A stretch of DNA of 64,000 nt. Origin: the human T2T-CHM13v2.0 reference genome, Homo sapiens. Under the pieces are notes generated by a model that ran no database searches, was not told the DNA's origin, and saw nothing but the letters and a program-made list of their open reading frames with translations. The stretch's first letter is position 1; every line of letters begins with the position of its first letter. Where the stretch lies: the NCBI RefSeq assembly GCF_009914755.1, contig NC_060938.1. One strand, given 5' to 3'. The position numbers were made by a program, and so were the translations under genes. Shown piece after piece: positions 30,682 to 51,249 of the stretch.

Positions 30682-31679
30682 CTCTAAACCTATGTATGGG
30701 CTGGGTCGTTGAGCTTTAGCCTCAAGGACTTCCTGATTATCTGCCCCTTGAAATATCCTCTGTGTATACCAGATGGCAGAGGTTCTTTGGTTCATATGCA
30801 CGAAGTTACTAGCTTTCAATTTTGGTAGATGTCTTTTGGTGGTGGTGGTGGTGGTGGATTTTCAGCAGCAGAATGCTTTTGTTTTTTAAAAATCTTATCT
30901 GGAAACCAAATATGCCAAGTAAATATAAGTGGGACTACTGTAATGTGTAGGTGGGGGGGGGGCCCTCCTCTGAGATCCCTAGAACTCTACTGGTCTGGAA
31001 ACCTCTGGACTAGTATACTGTATCACTAAGGCATTAGAAGAGCTCCAGGAAAAACAGCAACATAGTTAAAAGAATATGTTTAGTTCTCTGGAAACAATTA
31101 CTTCTGTGGAGTTTTCCACATTCCTCAGAAGTATGGACACACAAGACATTCCTGAATTCACTGAGTGCCTACTGTATACCAAGCAATGTGTTAACACCAG
31201 AGATACAGCGAACAAAATGGACGTGGCCCTGCGCTCCTGAAGTTTGCATTCTAATGGCAGATACACAGTAAAATTTAAAATATTTCTATATGAAATATAT
31301 ATTATCAATGACACACACATTGCGTACCAATTGTGTAAAGTTCCACAAAGGAAAACCACAGAATATACAATTGGAGCCCTCATTCCTAAGTACTTCTTGG
31401 TCCTGTCCCATAAATTAAAGGCAAAAAGTCTGCGAGTTCCATGGGATCTCAGAAACTGATGGTCGCATAAAACCCTCCGTAATTTCAAAGCCCAGAAATA
31501 GAGAATGCAGACAAATTATGAAACAATAACGAAATAAACACCCCCTCTTTGAGGTATCGACTGGGCATTGCCCCCACCCCAGCACATCTCCCTCTAAACC
31601 GCCGGGAGTGGGGGCAGGAATGCTCCAAAGCTGAGATCTAAATGTGTCTCTGATTGAACGTCCGTTTTTCAACCAAAGA

Positions 31680-32500
31680 CACCGGTGAGCGAGAGCTGCC
31701 AGGTGGCAGTGAAAGGCGAGTGTGAAGTTAACCTGGGGAAGATCGGTGCGTCCAGTACTTCGGCCATAAACCTCCCAGAGCCGACCCGCCTCGCCCGCTG
31801 AGAATTTGGGCACTCGCCTAGGTCCGAGCTACTACCCCTTCCCGACCCGCCGGGGTGCTGACTTGGCCGACCCCACAATTTCTCTGCACCCCCAGGGCCA
31901 GGAAAGGGCCCTGCCCGTCCACAGCTCCTCTCCACCTTAACCGCGGCCGGACGCCATCTGACAACAGGCGGGAGGAGGGGCCGCCCACGAGGGACGTCGG
32001 CCAGGTCCAGGCCTCGTGGGGTCAGGAGGGGCCCGCGGGGCAGGGGCTCAGGACCGCCTCCCTACACCTCGGCACTGCCCGGGGCACGGTAGTCGTGAGG
32101 CCCGGCCAACCGCACGCCGCCCCAGGCCCGCGGAGCCCCGCAGAGGCGGGCCCTGGCCGGGCTCCTGTCTGTCGGTACGCCTGGCCGGTACCTGAGAGGG
32201 CGCGGAAGAGGCGCGTGGCCGGCAGCAGCAGGTAACACAAGCACGACGCGATCATGGCCGGCCGCCCGCGCCCGCCTCCGCTCCTCACTGCAGCCAGCAG
32301 GTCCTCCCTCAGCTCGGCCCCGCCCCCGGCCCGGTCCGGCCCACGTGGTGCCGCCGCCGCGCTTCAACAACAACTTTATTGGGAGCGCAGGTCTACGGGT
32401 GCGCACGCAGGAAGTGGGAGGAGCCGGTTCCCATGGCAACTAGCCTCCCCTAGCACCCGGCTGCCACCCAGGCGTCCCGAATTAAAATTGAGCGCCTCAC
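31680..32500 (-). promoter_or_regulatory. ANGEL1: CpG-island promoter of ANGEL1: GC box (~32318-32327), E-box CACGTG (32342-32347), CCAAT on - (32378-32382), ETS CAGGAAGT (32408-32415), RFX X-box (32427-32440)
   Basis: Dense CpG and GC content around exon 1; motifs read directly from the sequence. Confidence 0.85.
32192..32255 (-). CDS. ANGEL1: ANGEL1 exon 1 coding part: MIASCLCYLLLPATRLFRALS
   Basis: gccATGatc start in a CpG island; donor G|GTACCG; the ten exons total 2013 nt = 670 aa + stop. Confidence 0.95.
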
Positions 32501-33015
32501 TGGAGGCCCCATAGTGTTATTCAAAGGCCACAGTTTATTCCCACTTCTGCAGCTGACTAGGTGTCCACCTTGTTACCACACTATAGCCTCTCCGCCCCTC
32601 AGTTTCCTCACCTGTAAAATGAAGAGCTGGACTTTCTCTAAGGCTCCACTGAACCTTGACTTCTAGCCCTTCTCGACCCAGAAAGGAAGCGAGTTATTCC
32701 CCCATTTCCCCCGTTTTCCTGCCTCTACTTCCCTGTCTCAGATTCTAGGTCACAAATTGAGTCCTACCTTGCTTCAGGAAGTAAGACTTTGTCTCCTTCC
32801 CTACTTTCTAAACGGGCCTTCTTTTCCCTAATCTAGAAAAACAGGGTTTCCCATTGGTAAGGAAGTCAAGAAAGAAAGGAGAGAGGACAAAGAGAGGAGA
32901 GAGAGAAGGGAGAGAGGAGAGAGACAGAAGAGAGAAACTTCCACAAGGCCAGGGACCAGTTCTGGCTGGTTGTTTGCTCACTTTGAGGTATCTCTAATAC
33001 AATCCAAGCACCTAT

Positions 33016-33542
33016 TGTAACCAAGTACCCAGCTTGGAAGTTATATTCTTGTTATATACTTCTATTTCTTTATTTTTGTTCAGTTAACCACTAGGCACCC
33101 CCCGACACCCCAGCACCCCCCATACACACTGTTAGCATATCTAATTGTATGTTCGCTTAAAAGTTCCAGAGACTAAATCTTGAAACAATATAGGCATCTG
33201 TGGAAATCTCCACCAGGAGATTGATTCAAGGCTACAGTTAATTTATAACTCAGCCCAGCCCGAGATGATGCCAGCCCATTCACCAGATGGGCAGTAACTC
33301 AAGACAAGTCATCAGAACTCGTCATGAAGACCTGCACTGCCTCACCCCTTGCATACCCTCCATGCCAAAACTTCTTAAAGCCTCGCATTTTGCTTGGAAA
33401 TGTGAAGCAGCTCCATTAAAGCAAAAGCCTGGATCGTTTTTCCCCACTGCTAGCTTTGGTTTATAATAAAGTCAGTCTCCTTCTACCATACCACGACCTT
33501 GCTCGTTGGTTTTGCAAGCGGCCGAATCTGCATTCGCTAGCA
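33016..33542 (+). mobile_element. Solo LTR, ERVL-type (MER74/MER73-like)
   Basis: Begins tgtaaccaagtaccc, internal AATAAA (~33465), ends with tgcaagcggccg...tgcattcgctagca; family assigned from memory. Confidence 0.55.
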
Positions 33543-35219
33543 CTACTAGCCACCACATAAGCCTTTACTGACTGGTTGAACAAAGCATATGTCACTAAAT
33601 GAAGGCCAGTTCTGCCATCACTTCTGTGCCACCTGCGACCTCTTTGAGTCTCTCTTCCCCAGTCCCCCTCCCCCAATCTTCTACCCCAAACAGGCTCTGA
33701 AGGAGGGACTGGACAATGCACCCAGTTTCAGTACCCAGTGTCTGAGTTGCACGATTTCCAGTTTGTGGCTGGAGCCTTGGTTGTTCAGGGAAGCCTTCTG
33801 GGGAGTCACCAGATCCTGGACCAGCTGGGTACATCATAACACTGAAAGGCTAATAGGAGGAAGAAGGAGAGAGTTAGTATTGTGGCCTTCCCACTACTTA
33901 CCCTTAGTTCTAGAGGTGGCAATGTCTGCCTGCCTTCAGGCAACAGCACTTATCCCTTTGTTTGAGATGAAACAGAGGCCCAGCAATCTGAAGGTTGGGA
34001 AGCTGCTTAGAAATTAGTGCACAAATGGTGGATCTACCAAAGGCGCTCCCGAGGTCAGGCCCCCTCCTTTGATGTAGCTTAAGTAAAACCCTCCTTGTAC
34101 CCTCCTTCCATTTTGTACCATGAGTTATCCAGAAGTCCAAGTTCCAAATCAGATCCTAATCAAGGGTAATGGTTCCCTTATCTCCACTGGGAAAATGCTT
34201 TCAAAATACAAATTTCTAGGCCCTACTCCCAGAGTTCTGATTTAGCAGCCCTGGAATGAGGCCCTTAAACACTTACTTATTCCAATGCACGGTTTGGGAA
34301 CCTCTGCTAAAGGATCCAGTCTCAACTGGGCTGTTCAGTGCACAGTGTGGGCACAATGTGTCAGCCCAACTGATCTATGTTCTTTCAGAGGCTTTTTCTG
34401 CGGCCAGTTAAGTGAGGCTTCCCTCTTTTTGTTTCCTGGTCCATAATCAGCCGTGTTGGAAGGTGTAGGGTGATATAAGGATCACAAGTTTTGGAGTTAG
34501 ACCAACTGAGTTGAAATCCTGGCTCTGCCACTTTTTACCTGTGGAATCTCTCAGGTTGCCTAAGCTCTTGGGGCCTCAGTTTCCTCATTGTGCCTGACCC
34601 AGTATAAACTCTCAATGTTTACTATTACATTTTTGGATTTGGGCAGAAAAGCAGCTCCAGACGTGGCTGATGTAGGATCTTCTTCCACAATTTCTGGCTA
34701 AAATAGAGCTCCTGCCCTCCAAATTGTAATGAGTATTACTAAGCAAGCCAATAACTACAGGTTCCAAGGAGACTTGGCCGAAGGAGTGGAGCCTTAGGCT
34801 TCCCCAGTCAGAGGAAAATTACAAGTGCAATCTGCACAGTCTCCAGCCTCATTGTTTCAGAAATATCCCAAGAAGAGAGACGATTCCCTCAATTCATTCC
34901 AGCTGTGCTAACAATGAAGACAAGTATGAGCACCTGCATCCATCACTACCATGGTTTCCAGGGTGCAGAACCTATGTAATGGAGCAAGTGGGAGGTTTTG
35001 CAATACTTTGAGAGACTTAAGATGCTCTCTTAAAGGGACATTTCCAGTCTATAAGAAATTTAAGCCCTTGAGGGCTAAAATTTTACTTATGACAACAAAT
35101 ATATGTGGAATTCCAACAGAGTGGCTGCATTTATTAACTTATTGGTTGAACATGTGCAAATATTGGGGCGGCATAGTGCTTTCTTCAGGATTACAGAGGC
35201 TACCGACCAACGCCTGGGA

Positions 35220-35545
35220 CAGTGCTGCCCAAAAGAAATATGTTGTGAACCACATATGCAATTTAAAATTTTCTAGTAGCCTCATGTAAAAAGTAAAAAT
35301 AAATCAATTGATAAAGCAAGTGAAATTAATTAATAATATTTTATTTTACCCCATAGATCCAAAAATTTTGTATTTTAACTTGTAATCAATAGTTCAAGAT
35401 GAGATATTTTATGTTCTTTTTTTGTACTAAGTCTTCAAAATCCAGTGTGTATTTTACTTGGACATCACATCTGAATTTGGACTAGCCGTATTTCAGGTTC
35501 TGAATACTGCAAGGAGCTAATAGCTACCGTACTGAACATGGGCTG
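35220..35545. mobile_element. MER33-like (hAT-Charlie) DNA transposon
   Basis: cagtgctgcccaaaagaaatat...aatttaaaattttctagtagcc...ctaagtcttcaaaatccagtgtgtattttac. Confidence 0.75.
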
Positions 35546-35799
35546 TTCTGGAGAGTGCAAACAGCTTCTCAGATAGGATAGGCTGAAAAGATTTGCTCAT
35601 CTTCAACTCTTACGATAACCTGAGGCCTCTACACTCCTAGTAATCTGCCTTCTCTGAGCCTGGTGTTTTCTTTGGGAATCTCAAGATTTATGACTAGGCA
35701 TTCCCAGAATGTGCCAGATTAGTCTGAATTAATGCATTCATTTGCTCACTTATTCACTGATTCATGCATCCATGTGTTCATTAGAGATTTATCAGGCAG

Positions 35800-37800
35800 T
35801 CATCAATGTTTACCCCAACCTCACCCTTGACTTTCCTTGACCTCCTGCCCACTCCTCGATTCCTTGAAACTTCAGCCCTGGACTCACAGTCTTCTTCCCT
35901 ACCTCTAGTCCTCCTGTCACCAGTGTGGATGAGCCATCCTAACCCCTGGAAGCTCATTGCCATGACCTCCTTAATGACCTTCATTTCCATGTGCTTCAGA
36001 CACTCCCTTCCCTGGCTGCACCTTGGATATGTCATTACTGGGCACTGTTTCCCGTCTGAAATCATAAATTCACACACCCACTCTGATGGCATGGCTTTCT
36101 CATGGCTTTCTGCCTCTCCCACTTCTACTTCATCTTTTCTTTTAACTCCATCAGACCCTTGATTTCTCTAGTCTGTCCTTCTCAAGCTTTCCCTCAGTCA
36201 TCATTTCTTTCCCTATCCAACATGGAATTCCCATGACCCCTCTTTTAAATCACTCTTCCCAATATCATCAACTCTCCTGCCCACTGTTCTTAGATTATAT
36301 CTGCGTGGGTCAGTAAAACTATTCTTCTTGGCTCTTACATCTGGGCTGCTGAGCAACAATGAATAAAATTACCAACCCCAAAGATTGAGGCCATTAGTGT
36401 GCTAGTCTCCAACCTCTCTTCTGCTCGCAACCCTCCCCAGCAATTCTATGCTCTTTAATTAGCTTTCTCTCCCATTCTCACAATGATTATTCTTCTCAAA
36501 CTTTCTGCCCTATTGCCTCCCTTCTTGCTCTTAGGAGATTATCTCCCCATCAACTTTAGAGAAAAAAATAGAGCCACCAAGTGTAAATTCTCTACTCCCT
36601 GTTGCCACAACAATGCATTGACCAGCATCTCTAACCACCTTTTCCTCTTCTCCCAACACAGCAGTTGGCACTTCCACCATGCTCCGGACCCCCTCCCCCT
36701 TCCTCTGAGATGATGTTCCTTCTACTACCCCTCTCCTTTCCTTCACTGACCCCTTGTCATCAACATTTAAGCATGCTCAAGTCACTCCTGTCAAGAAGCC
36801 CTCCTTCAGTGCCAGGTCCCCTCCAGCTAGCCCCTGCGTTCCCACCTCTCACAGCCAATCTTCTTGCAAGAGTTGTCTGCAGCTGCTGTCTACAATTCCT
36901 CACTCTTATTCATGCTCATTCCACTGAGATATAGCTTCCACCACCATTACACCACCAAAACTCCCTCCTCACTGTTCCTGATGCTTTCCTTGTTGAGGAT
37001 AGTAGGGTCCTGCAGAAAGAACACGCCCTAGGCATTATTATTTCTTGAATATTCTGTAATTTTGCATAACTTCCCCCTTCTTGTAAGATTCTCTTCCCTC
37101 GGTTTCTGTGACATTCTTGTTTTCCGCTTGTCTTGGTGGATGTCCTATCCTTGTATCCTTCACTTCTCTTCCTCTCACCACCACCCTTTTCCTGATGATG
37201 TTCCTAGGATTTCTCCTTTGGCCTCTCCCCTCCTCTTACTCCACTGTCCCTTCTTGAGAAAGTCTCACCACTCCAATGGCTTCAAATACCATCCATATGC
37301 TGACAACTCACACATCTACATTTTTAACCCAAATCCTTTTCCTGGGTCACAGACCCATAAATCTTTTTGCCTGTGGACCTCTCCCAGTGGGCACTCCAGC
37401 GACAACTCAAAGACTCAACCCAGTCAAAGCTGTACTCATCACCTCCCCGCCACCATCCTCCAAAAGACCCCTGCCCCAGCTCCTTTGTTCTCTCCTTTAG
37501 GAGTGGCACAGCCATGTACTGAGCTATCCTGGCCCCCGCTTTTTTCTTCTCTGCTTTCTCTTATATATCTGATTGATTCCCAGATCCATGTGGTTTGGCC
37601 TTCTTTGTATTTATTCAATGGGTCCACTTCCTCCAGCCACTCCTGACTAGTGTTGATTCTCCCCTACCTCGATCCATTTTCCACACTGTAGCCAGAGCAA
37701 TCTTTCCACTGTGTGAATCGTATCAGGTCACTGCTGCCTAAGACCTTTTAGTGCAAACTCCCACTGTCCTCAAAATGTCAGCCAAGCTCCTTGGATTAAC
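35800..37800 (+). mobile_element. LINE-2 remnant including the RT region
   Basis: C/T-rich L2 text; ORF 37062-37646 contains HSNGFKYHPYADNSHIY, a degenerate L2 YADD box. Further L2 pieces at ~44400-44720 and ~45190-45300. Confidence 0.8.
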
Positions 37801-37939
37801 TGTACAGCCAATGCACCTCCCACCCCTAACTGCTTTCAGACCCACCTCTCAGTACCATGATGGCTTACCTCACAAACCAGTAGTTCAAAAGCACAACAGT
37901 TTAATCAGAGGGTACAGCACATGCTGGTTATGTGGTTTC

Positions 37940-43325
<5,386 letters not shown>

Positions 43326-43345
43326 ATTTTAAAAAATGTGGCTGG

Positions 43346-43947
<602 letters not shown>

Positions 43948-44036
43948 TTAATAATACAGAAATTTTCAAAAATAATAACTTATAAAAAGAGTTTACAGGT
44001 ATTACATTTCAGGGTTTTTAAAAAATACACATTTTT

Positions 44037-44347
<311 letters not shown>

Positions 44348-46166
44348 TTATGGTCCTTAAACATTTTTATTTTTTCCAGAATTGACTATTATGCAAAAAA
44401 TATTGCTGTCAACCATTCTAAAGAAAATATCTGATGATGTCACTCTCCTGTTCAAAAATCTTCATTGTCTCCCTATTGCCTTTTAATTGCATTCGGATCT
44501 CTCCCTGAAGCTGCCCTGGCCCTGGTGGCCTCCCCTTCTGCTACTCGTCTTCACAGCCTGCACTCCTATGCGGGGATCTGCTGCCTTCCTTCATCCTGAC
44601 CTCCTGGAAATGCCTTTTCCCCAGACTCTACTTGTCCAGAGCCCAAGCAAGTTCCCCAATATGAAGAAACCTCACCCTCCCCTGAACGCCCAGCGCATTT
44701 CCCCAAAGACCCTTCTCAGTTTCCCTGCTGCTGTTGGAGCCAGGCTGGTGGTGCCTCTATCCAGTGGCTTAGTTGGAGCACCTACCTCTAGATTTTCTCA
44801 CTCACCCTTCAGTACCTGAGACCAGATGGTGCCGTCCAAGTAGAGCACCCAGAGCCCTAGACCAGGACACACATGCTCTCTGATCCCTCTTTCTCCCCCT
44901 TAATGCTTCCTTATCCTCTGCAATAGTGTGGGCCAGCCAGATGCCCTGAGGATCACCAGGACTCATGTCTACCTGATCATCCTAGGAGCTGATCACTCTC
45001 CCTGGACTGTTTGGTATTTCTTTAGAAGGACCACATGAGATTGGGCCACCAGAATGGTGCTGCCATGCCGATTTAGGGTGACTCAAATTGTTTATACAAG
45101 CAAGAACTCTACCAAAAATATTTGCCCAGGACCCTCACCCTAGGGTGGCCCTGTCAATTTCTATTATGCATTGCACATGCCTTAAAAGGGTCCTGTCTTA
45201 ATCATGTCTGCATCCCTTCCCCACAGTGGTGCCTATTTTAGCGCCCGTACGTAATAGAGACTCAATATGTATTTCTCAGCATGAATGCTTGAAGGAACAA
45301 GTAACATCTCAGGTATACATATTTCTTCTGATCCATGGTTCTAATCATGTTTTCCTTGCACACATTTCTAGATCTTCCTCATTCTGAGTAGCAAAAAAAA
45401 AAAAAAAAAAGGAATTTTCACATCCTCAAACCCTCCAGTCACTGACCTGACCACTGATGTCCTGAAAACTTATCAAGAAAGAACAAATGTGCCTCCAGAT
45501 TCTCCCGAAACCAAACTGCAACTGGACTTCAACTCCAACACATGTGAGAATGGCCGAGTGTGGGAATGCTAGTTGAACCGTCTCAAGGTAGGCAGCCCCA
45601 TAGTTTGGATTGAACAATGCTTTGGCTGCAACAAACTGTAGTGATAGGACATATGTTCATTGCGCTGTGCTTTTGATCTTCAGCTCCAAGGTTAAGATGC
45701 TCTCCCACGGGGAAAAGAAAAAAGGAAGAAGAGCTGGGCAGAAGAAAACTGACTTCACCCGTCACTGAAATACTTCATACCTGAAGCACAGCTCTCTTGC
45801 GAGAAGAACATGATGGCAGCTCTTCACAGTCACCTAATTAAGGGGCTTGGGTTGGGTCCTGACTCAGAGGGAAATACAACACCACTGAGAGGAACCCCCC
45901 ACAGCACCTGAGCACTCACAGCCAAGCCTGGGCTTGGCCCCAGTAGACATATGAGAACAGGTGACTGCCAGAACCACCCAGAGGGCGGGAAGCCTGCTGT
46001 TGTCAGGTCCACCATGTGAATCACAATGACTGCATGAGGTCACAGAATGTTGAAGATGAAATGAAAGTGGCTCCTGAGTCACAAAGTCACAGGCGGGTGG
46101 GGATCCTTTCAACAGGGCTCCCAGCAATAGAGCAGTCCCACTCTCCCAGATGAGCTGGAGAAGTAG

Positions 46167-46319
<153 letters not shown>

Positions 46320-46401
46320 TGAATGGACAGGTGTGCTTCTTAGGGAAGCAGTCGAGAGGTGGCAAGAAGTTGGCAGCTGCCCTCAAGAGGGTCCTGGCAC
46401 C

Positions 46402-46438
46402 ATGGACAATGACAAGCCTCTTCAGCCTGAGACAGAAG
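46402..46438 (+). CDS. LRRC74A: LRRC74A first coding segment, isoform B: MDNDKPLQPETE
   Basis: Strong Kozak gcaccATGg; donor AAG|GTGAAA, phase 1 matches exon 2. Confidence 0.78.
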
Positions 46439-46639
46439 GTGAAAGGGCATCCCATCTCTCACCACTCAGGCCCGTCCCTGCTGCCTCAGTACAACACCTA
46501 GTGATCACAGGACCCTGAAGCCCACTTCTTTCCTCACCTGGGACCCTCTAGAAGTAGGATGATTTGTTATACTGACTTGGGTTCAGGCCTTGGCAAACAG
46601 GAAGAATTGGCTGCAGTGCTATGCCACAACTACCTCATA

Positions 46640-46826
46640 CTGGCTCTAGCCAGCTTTAATTTTTATTGTGTGGGCCAGTTGATACCACATTTATAGTTTG
46701 AAATCAGTCACATTGGGAATATTTACACCACATGAATTGGCTAACACTATAAATCAGGATGTTTTTGGTGTTGTTTGTTTTTTTTCCTGGAGAATCAATT
46801 GTTAAAATTTACCAGCATTCTACTGG
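46640..46826 (-). mobile_element. MER63-like (hAT-Blackjack) DNA transposon fragment
   Basis: ttgaaatcagtcacattgggaatatttacaccac...ttgttaaaatttaccagcattctactgg. Confidence 0.6.
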
Positions 46827-47701
46827 TTGAATGGAATTCTAAATTGTTTGACAAGGAAATTAACACTCAGAAATTCATCATTTTTCTAAGGGCACTCAGC
46901 AGTCTGACAGCCAAGCTGTTGTCTGTCTTCTAACTACCAGGCCACTGCTACCTGCACTGTGTATCCCAGACAGTCTGGGAGATAAATGTTGGAACCTGGG
47001 TCTATGGACAAGGATTAAGAAAGACCTGCATGGACTCATTAGGAACCCCACCATCCTAGAATCTGGGTGGTCAAAACTTGGGACCCCTGCCACAAATGCT
47101 CAGCCCACCCAATGAGTAGGTTGGCTAAATTCTGACAGGTCATTCAGAGGCATGGCATGGCTTCTTGAAACTACTGAGTCCTGTCAGTGCCTAAGGATTG
47201 AGCTCTGGATTTTATGTGTGGCTTCCAGAAGCCCATGGCTTTCAGGAGCCTATGGCTGATCCCAGGTCAATGGCCCAGAGGTGGTAAAACCACATCTAGC
47301 AAGTGCAGAGGACTGGTGTGAGGGGAGCTCTGTTCCCAGCAATGAATATGATTAATTCATTACTATGAATTAATCATAGTAATTCATTTCGACCCAAGGG
47401 AGATTTTCAAGCCCCTCCTTCTTCCTAATCACAAATCAATGTTAGATTGGAAGGAAGAGAAGCTAAGTCAAATTCTTAGGAATCAAGTTCTCTCTCTTGC
47501 TCTCTGGAACTGCTCCTGGTCCATTTTATTTTCTATTTGACCTAAGTTGTCACCTCCCCTGCCCTGCCCTGCCCCTTATACTCCCTGGCACCATTTGTGC
47601 CCGACAATAAGGAAGCCTATGTATCGGGACCACCCTTTCACCTGAAAGAGTAACAGCACACCCCAAAACCCACCCAAACACTTAAGAATGGGAAAGTGTG
47701 A

Positions 47702-48460
<759 letters not shown>

Positions 48461-49637
48461 TAGGCATCTTTGCCAGTTTTCAACAGAAGAGGAACTGGGC
48501 CTTAAAGAGATTATAGGCATTGCCCAGGGACAGCGGGAGTTTGCCCAGCACATTGGCTGATCCCGTGTTTGACTCACTCTGATGGTTCTGCCTTCTGTAT
48601 TCCATATCCCAGGCCCCTGGAGTGTTTCTGTGGCCTATCTTGCATCCCAGTGACTTTCCCACACTCACCTTAGAGCTCTGGTTTCCCCTACTTTTCTTGA
48701 TAAATCTAAGCATGCCTGGGTATCGGGACTGGCTGAGCTGAAACAAAGACTCTGTTAATGCAAATAACACCTCCACCCTCTCTCTCCTCCCAGTTTCCCC
48801 AAGAAGGGAAGCACCGAAAGAGAACACTTGTGAAGCAAGAGAATGACGCTGGTTCCATCTGACAGGGTCAGCCTCAAACTTCCCAGGCCAAGCCTAGCCC
48901 AGTCACCCTTCCTCCCCTGCATCCTTGCAGCTGGCTGGTGGGCAGTGATTCACAGGCAGCAGAGATGGAGGAAGGCCAGTTCTGCCAAATTAAACTGTGA
49001 AGTTCATCTGCATAGAGTCAGTTTATAAACCTCCCCACCATGGTCAACATACAACATACATCTTCACCCTTCTACGCAGACCTCCTCCCCGCTGACCCCC
49101 AGGCAGCTTGTTGCTCTTTTTCTGGCTTCTTGTCCACTTCAAGTCTGTTGTTAACGTTGCTTCTAACACCCAACTTCATTCACATGGTTGGAGAAGGTAG
49201 CAAAGGACAACACTGGATGTTTGGCCAAAGGGTCCTGTTTCTATCTCATTCCCCCATCTCTTCCCCTGACTGCAGCAAGTGCTAACACTGTCGCAAGCTG
49301 CCCATAAAATATAACAATAGGGAACACAGCTAGAAAGGGTCAGCATCAAACCCAGCAGAATTAGTCCCAGGGACAAAACCTGGGGGTTACCTTCCCTGCT
49401 TTTGCCAACAGGAACCTCTAATGGCTGAATGTGGCACCAAAAACTCTGTCCTGAATGGTAACTCGGGGCTCAGCAGCCCTGGCTCCTGGTGCTCCTGCTG
49501 TGGGTGCTGAGACACTGGGAATGGGCAGGGAGGGCATGGGAAATGGGCCAGCTGGGAGCAGTGCTGGCTGTGAGTCTAGAGAAAAGGGGGAGACGAGCCT
49601 GGTTTGCTCACTTGCCATGAGCTGTTTTTCTCCACAA

Positions 49638-49826
49638 CAGTGGTTCTCACCTGGAAGCAATTTTGCACCAAGGGGACATTGGGCAAACTAGGGGAGGGGG
49701 GTTGCTACTGGCATCTTGTGGGTCCACGCCAGAGATCCTACTAAACACCCTACTATGTATAGGACAGCCCTCAGAACAGAATTATCCAGCCCAAAATACC
49801 TGCAGTGCTGAGGCTGAGAAGCGCTG
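49638..49826 (+). mobile_element. MER20 DNA transposon
   Basis: cagtggttctca...ttttgcacca.ggggacattgggcaa...tgctactggcatct...gtgctgaggctgagaa. Confidence 0.82.
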
Positions 49827-50847
49827 CTGTACAAGCGTCCCAAAGAGAAGTCTAATTTGTAGTTGTGCTTGCAAAATCAGCTTCCCTGTAAAGCACTTGT
49901 CCTTTCACCAACAAAGCTCCCATTGTCAGCCTTAGATTGTTTGGAGGGGGAGGGGGTTGGCCAAAGGCCCTGGGATCTGAAGGAAAAACAGATGCAGACA
50001 TAGACGCCAGCTGGCCTCAGGAAGCCCTGCCATAGGCTGGACTTGCCTAATGAGGACACAGCTGTGGGGCACCCAGAATCCAGGGAGGCCCGATGCCCAG
50101 TGACCATGGGCCAGGCTGGCCTAAAGCCTAAGAAATAAAGGCCCCCAGGGGTTAGAATGGAAAGGTGCAGTCCCCACTTCTGTTAGCTGGTTTTAGCATT
50201 GACCAACTGTGTGTTATTTGAGGCTAGGTTTGTCGTCAATAAAGCAAGGATGACAGTCCTTTTTATAAGGAAAATGACATGCAAGCTTTTGAAAGAAGAA
50301 AGACCATTCACATGCAAGCATGCTTGTTTCTCGCTGATGTGGAGGTCTTTCCATATTCACTGGTTTGCCATTTTGAGAAGTCCACTCTGTCCTAGTTGGG
50401 CTTTTTAAATGTTGGTGCCTCTCTAAGTCTTTGGTGAAGCTTTTTTCATGACTCACAACCTTGTGATAGTGGCGGTGAAACTAAAAGTGAAATGAAGACT
50501 CCATCAACCATCAAAAGTCATCCGCGTTTGGCCTTTCAGAATTGTCCAAAGGTGGGCAAGAGGGCTTGGGCCTTCTATGTCCTTGATGACCAGTCACTGG
50601 ATGTGGCCAACCTGGGCAGGTGGGGTGAAGCCCACTGCTCACTTCTAGGAAAGCTTCTGGCCTAAAACCATGGGCCTCATCTCCTACCCAAAGGGAAACA
50701 TTCATCTGGGACTTTCTGGAGTTAGAGTCTCCCTCTCCCACCATGGACTGACTTCCCAGACAGGAGCAGGCTTCTTAGCACATACCCACAGGGAGAGATC
50801 CTCTGGCAGAGGACAGTCTAGACATGAGTGAATGTCACTGGGGCTAG

Positions 50848-51249
<402 letters not shown>

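Noticed and set aside
37062-37646. 194-aa ORF with an RT-like YADN motif, as a possible domesticated reverse transcriptase
   Set aside because: Starts at TTG, the catalytic YADD is mutated and the similarity is patchy; a decayed LINE-2
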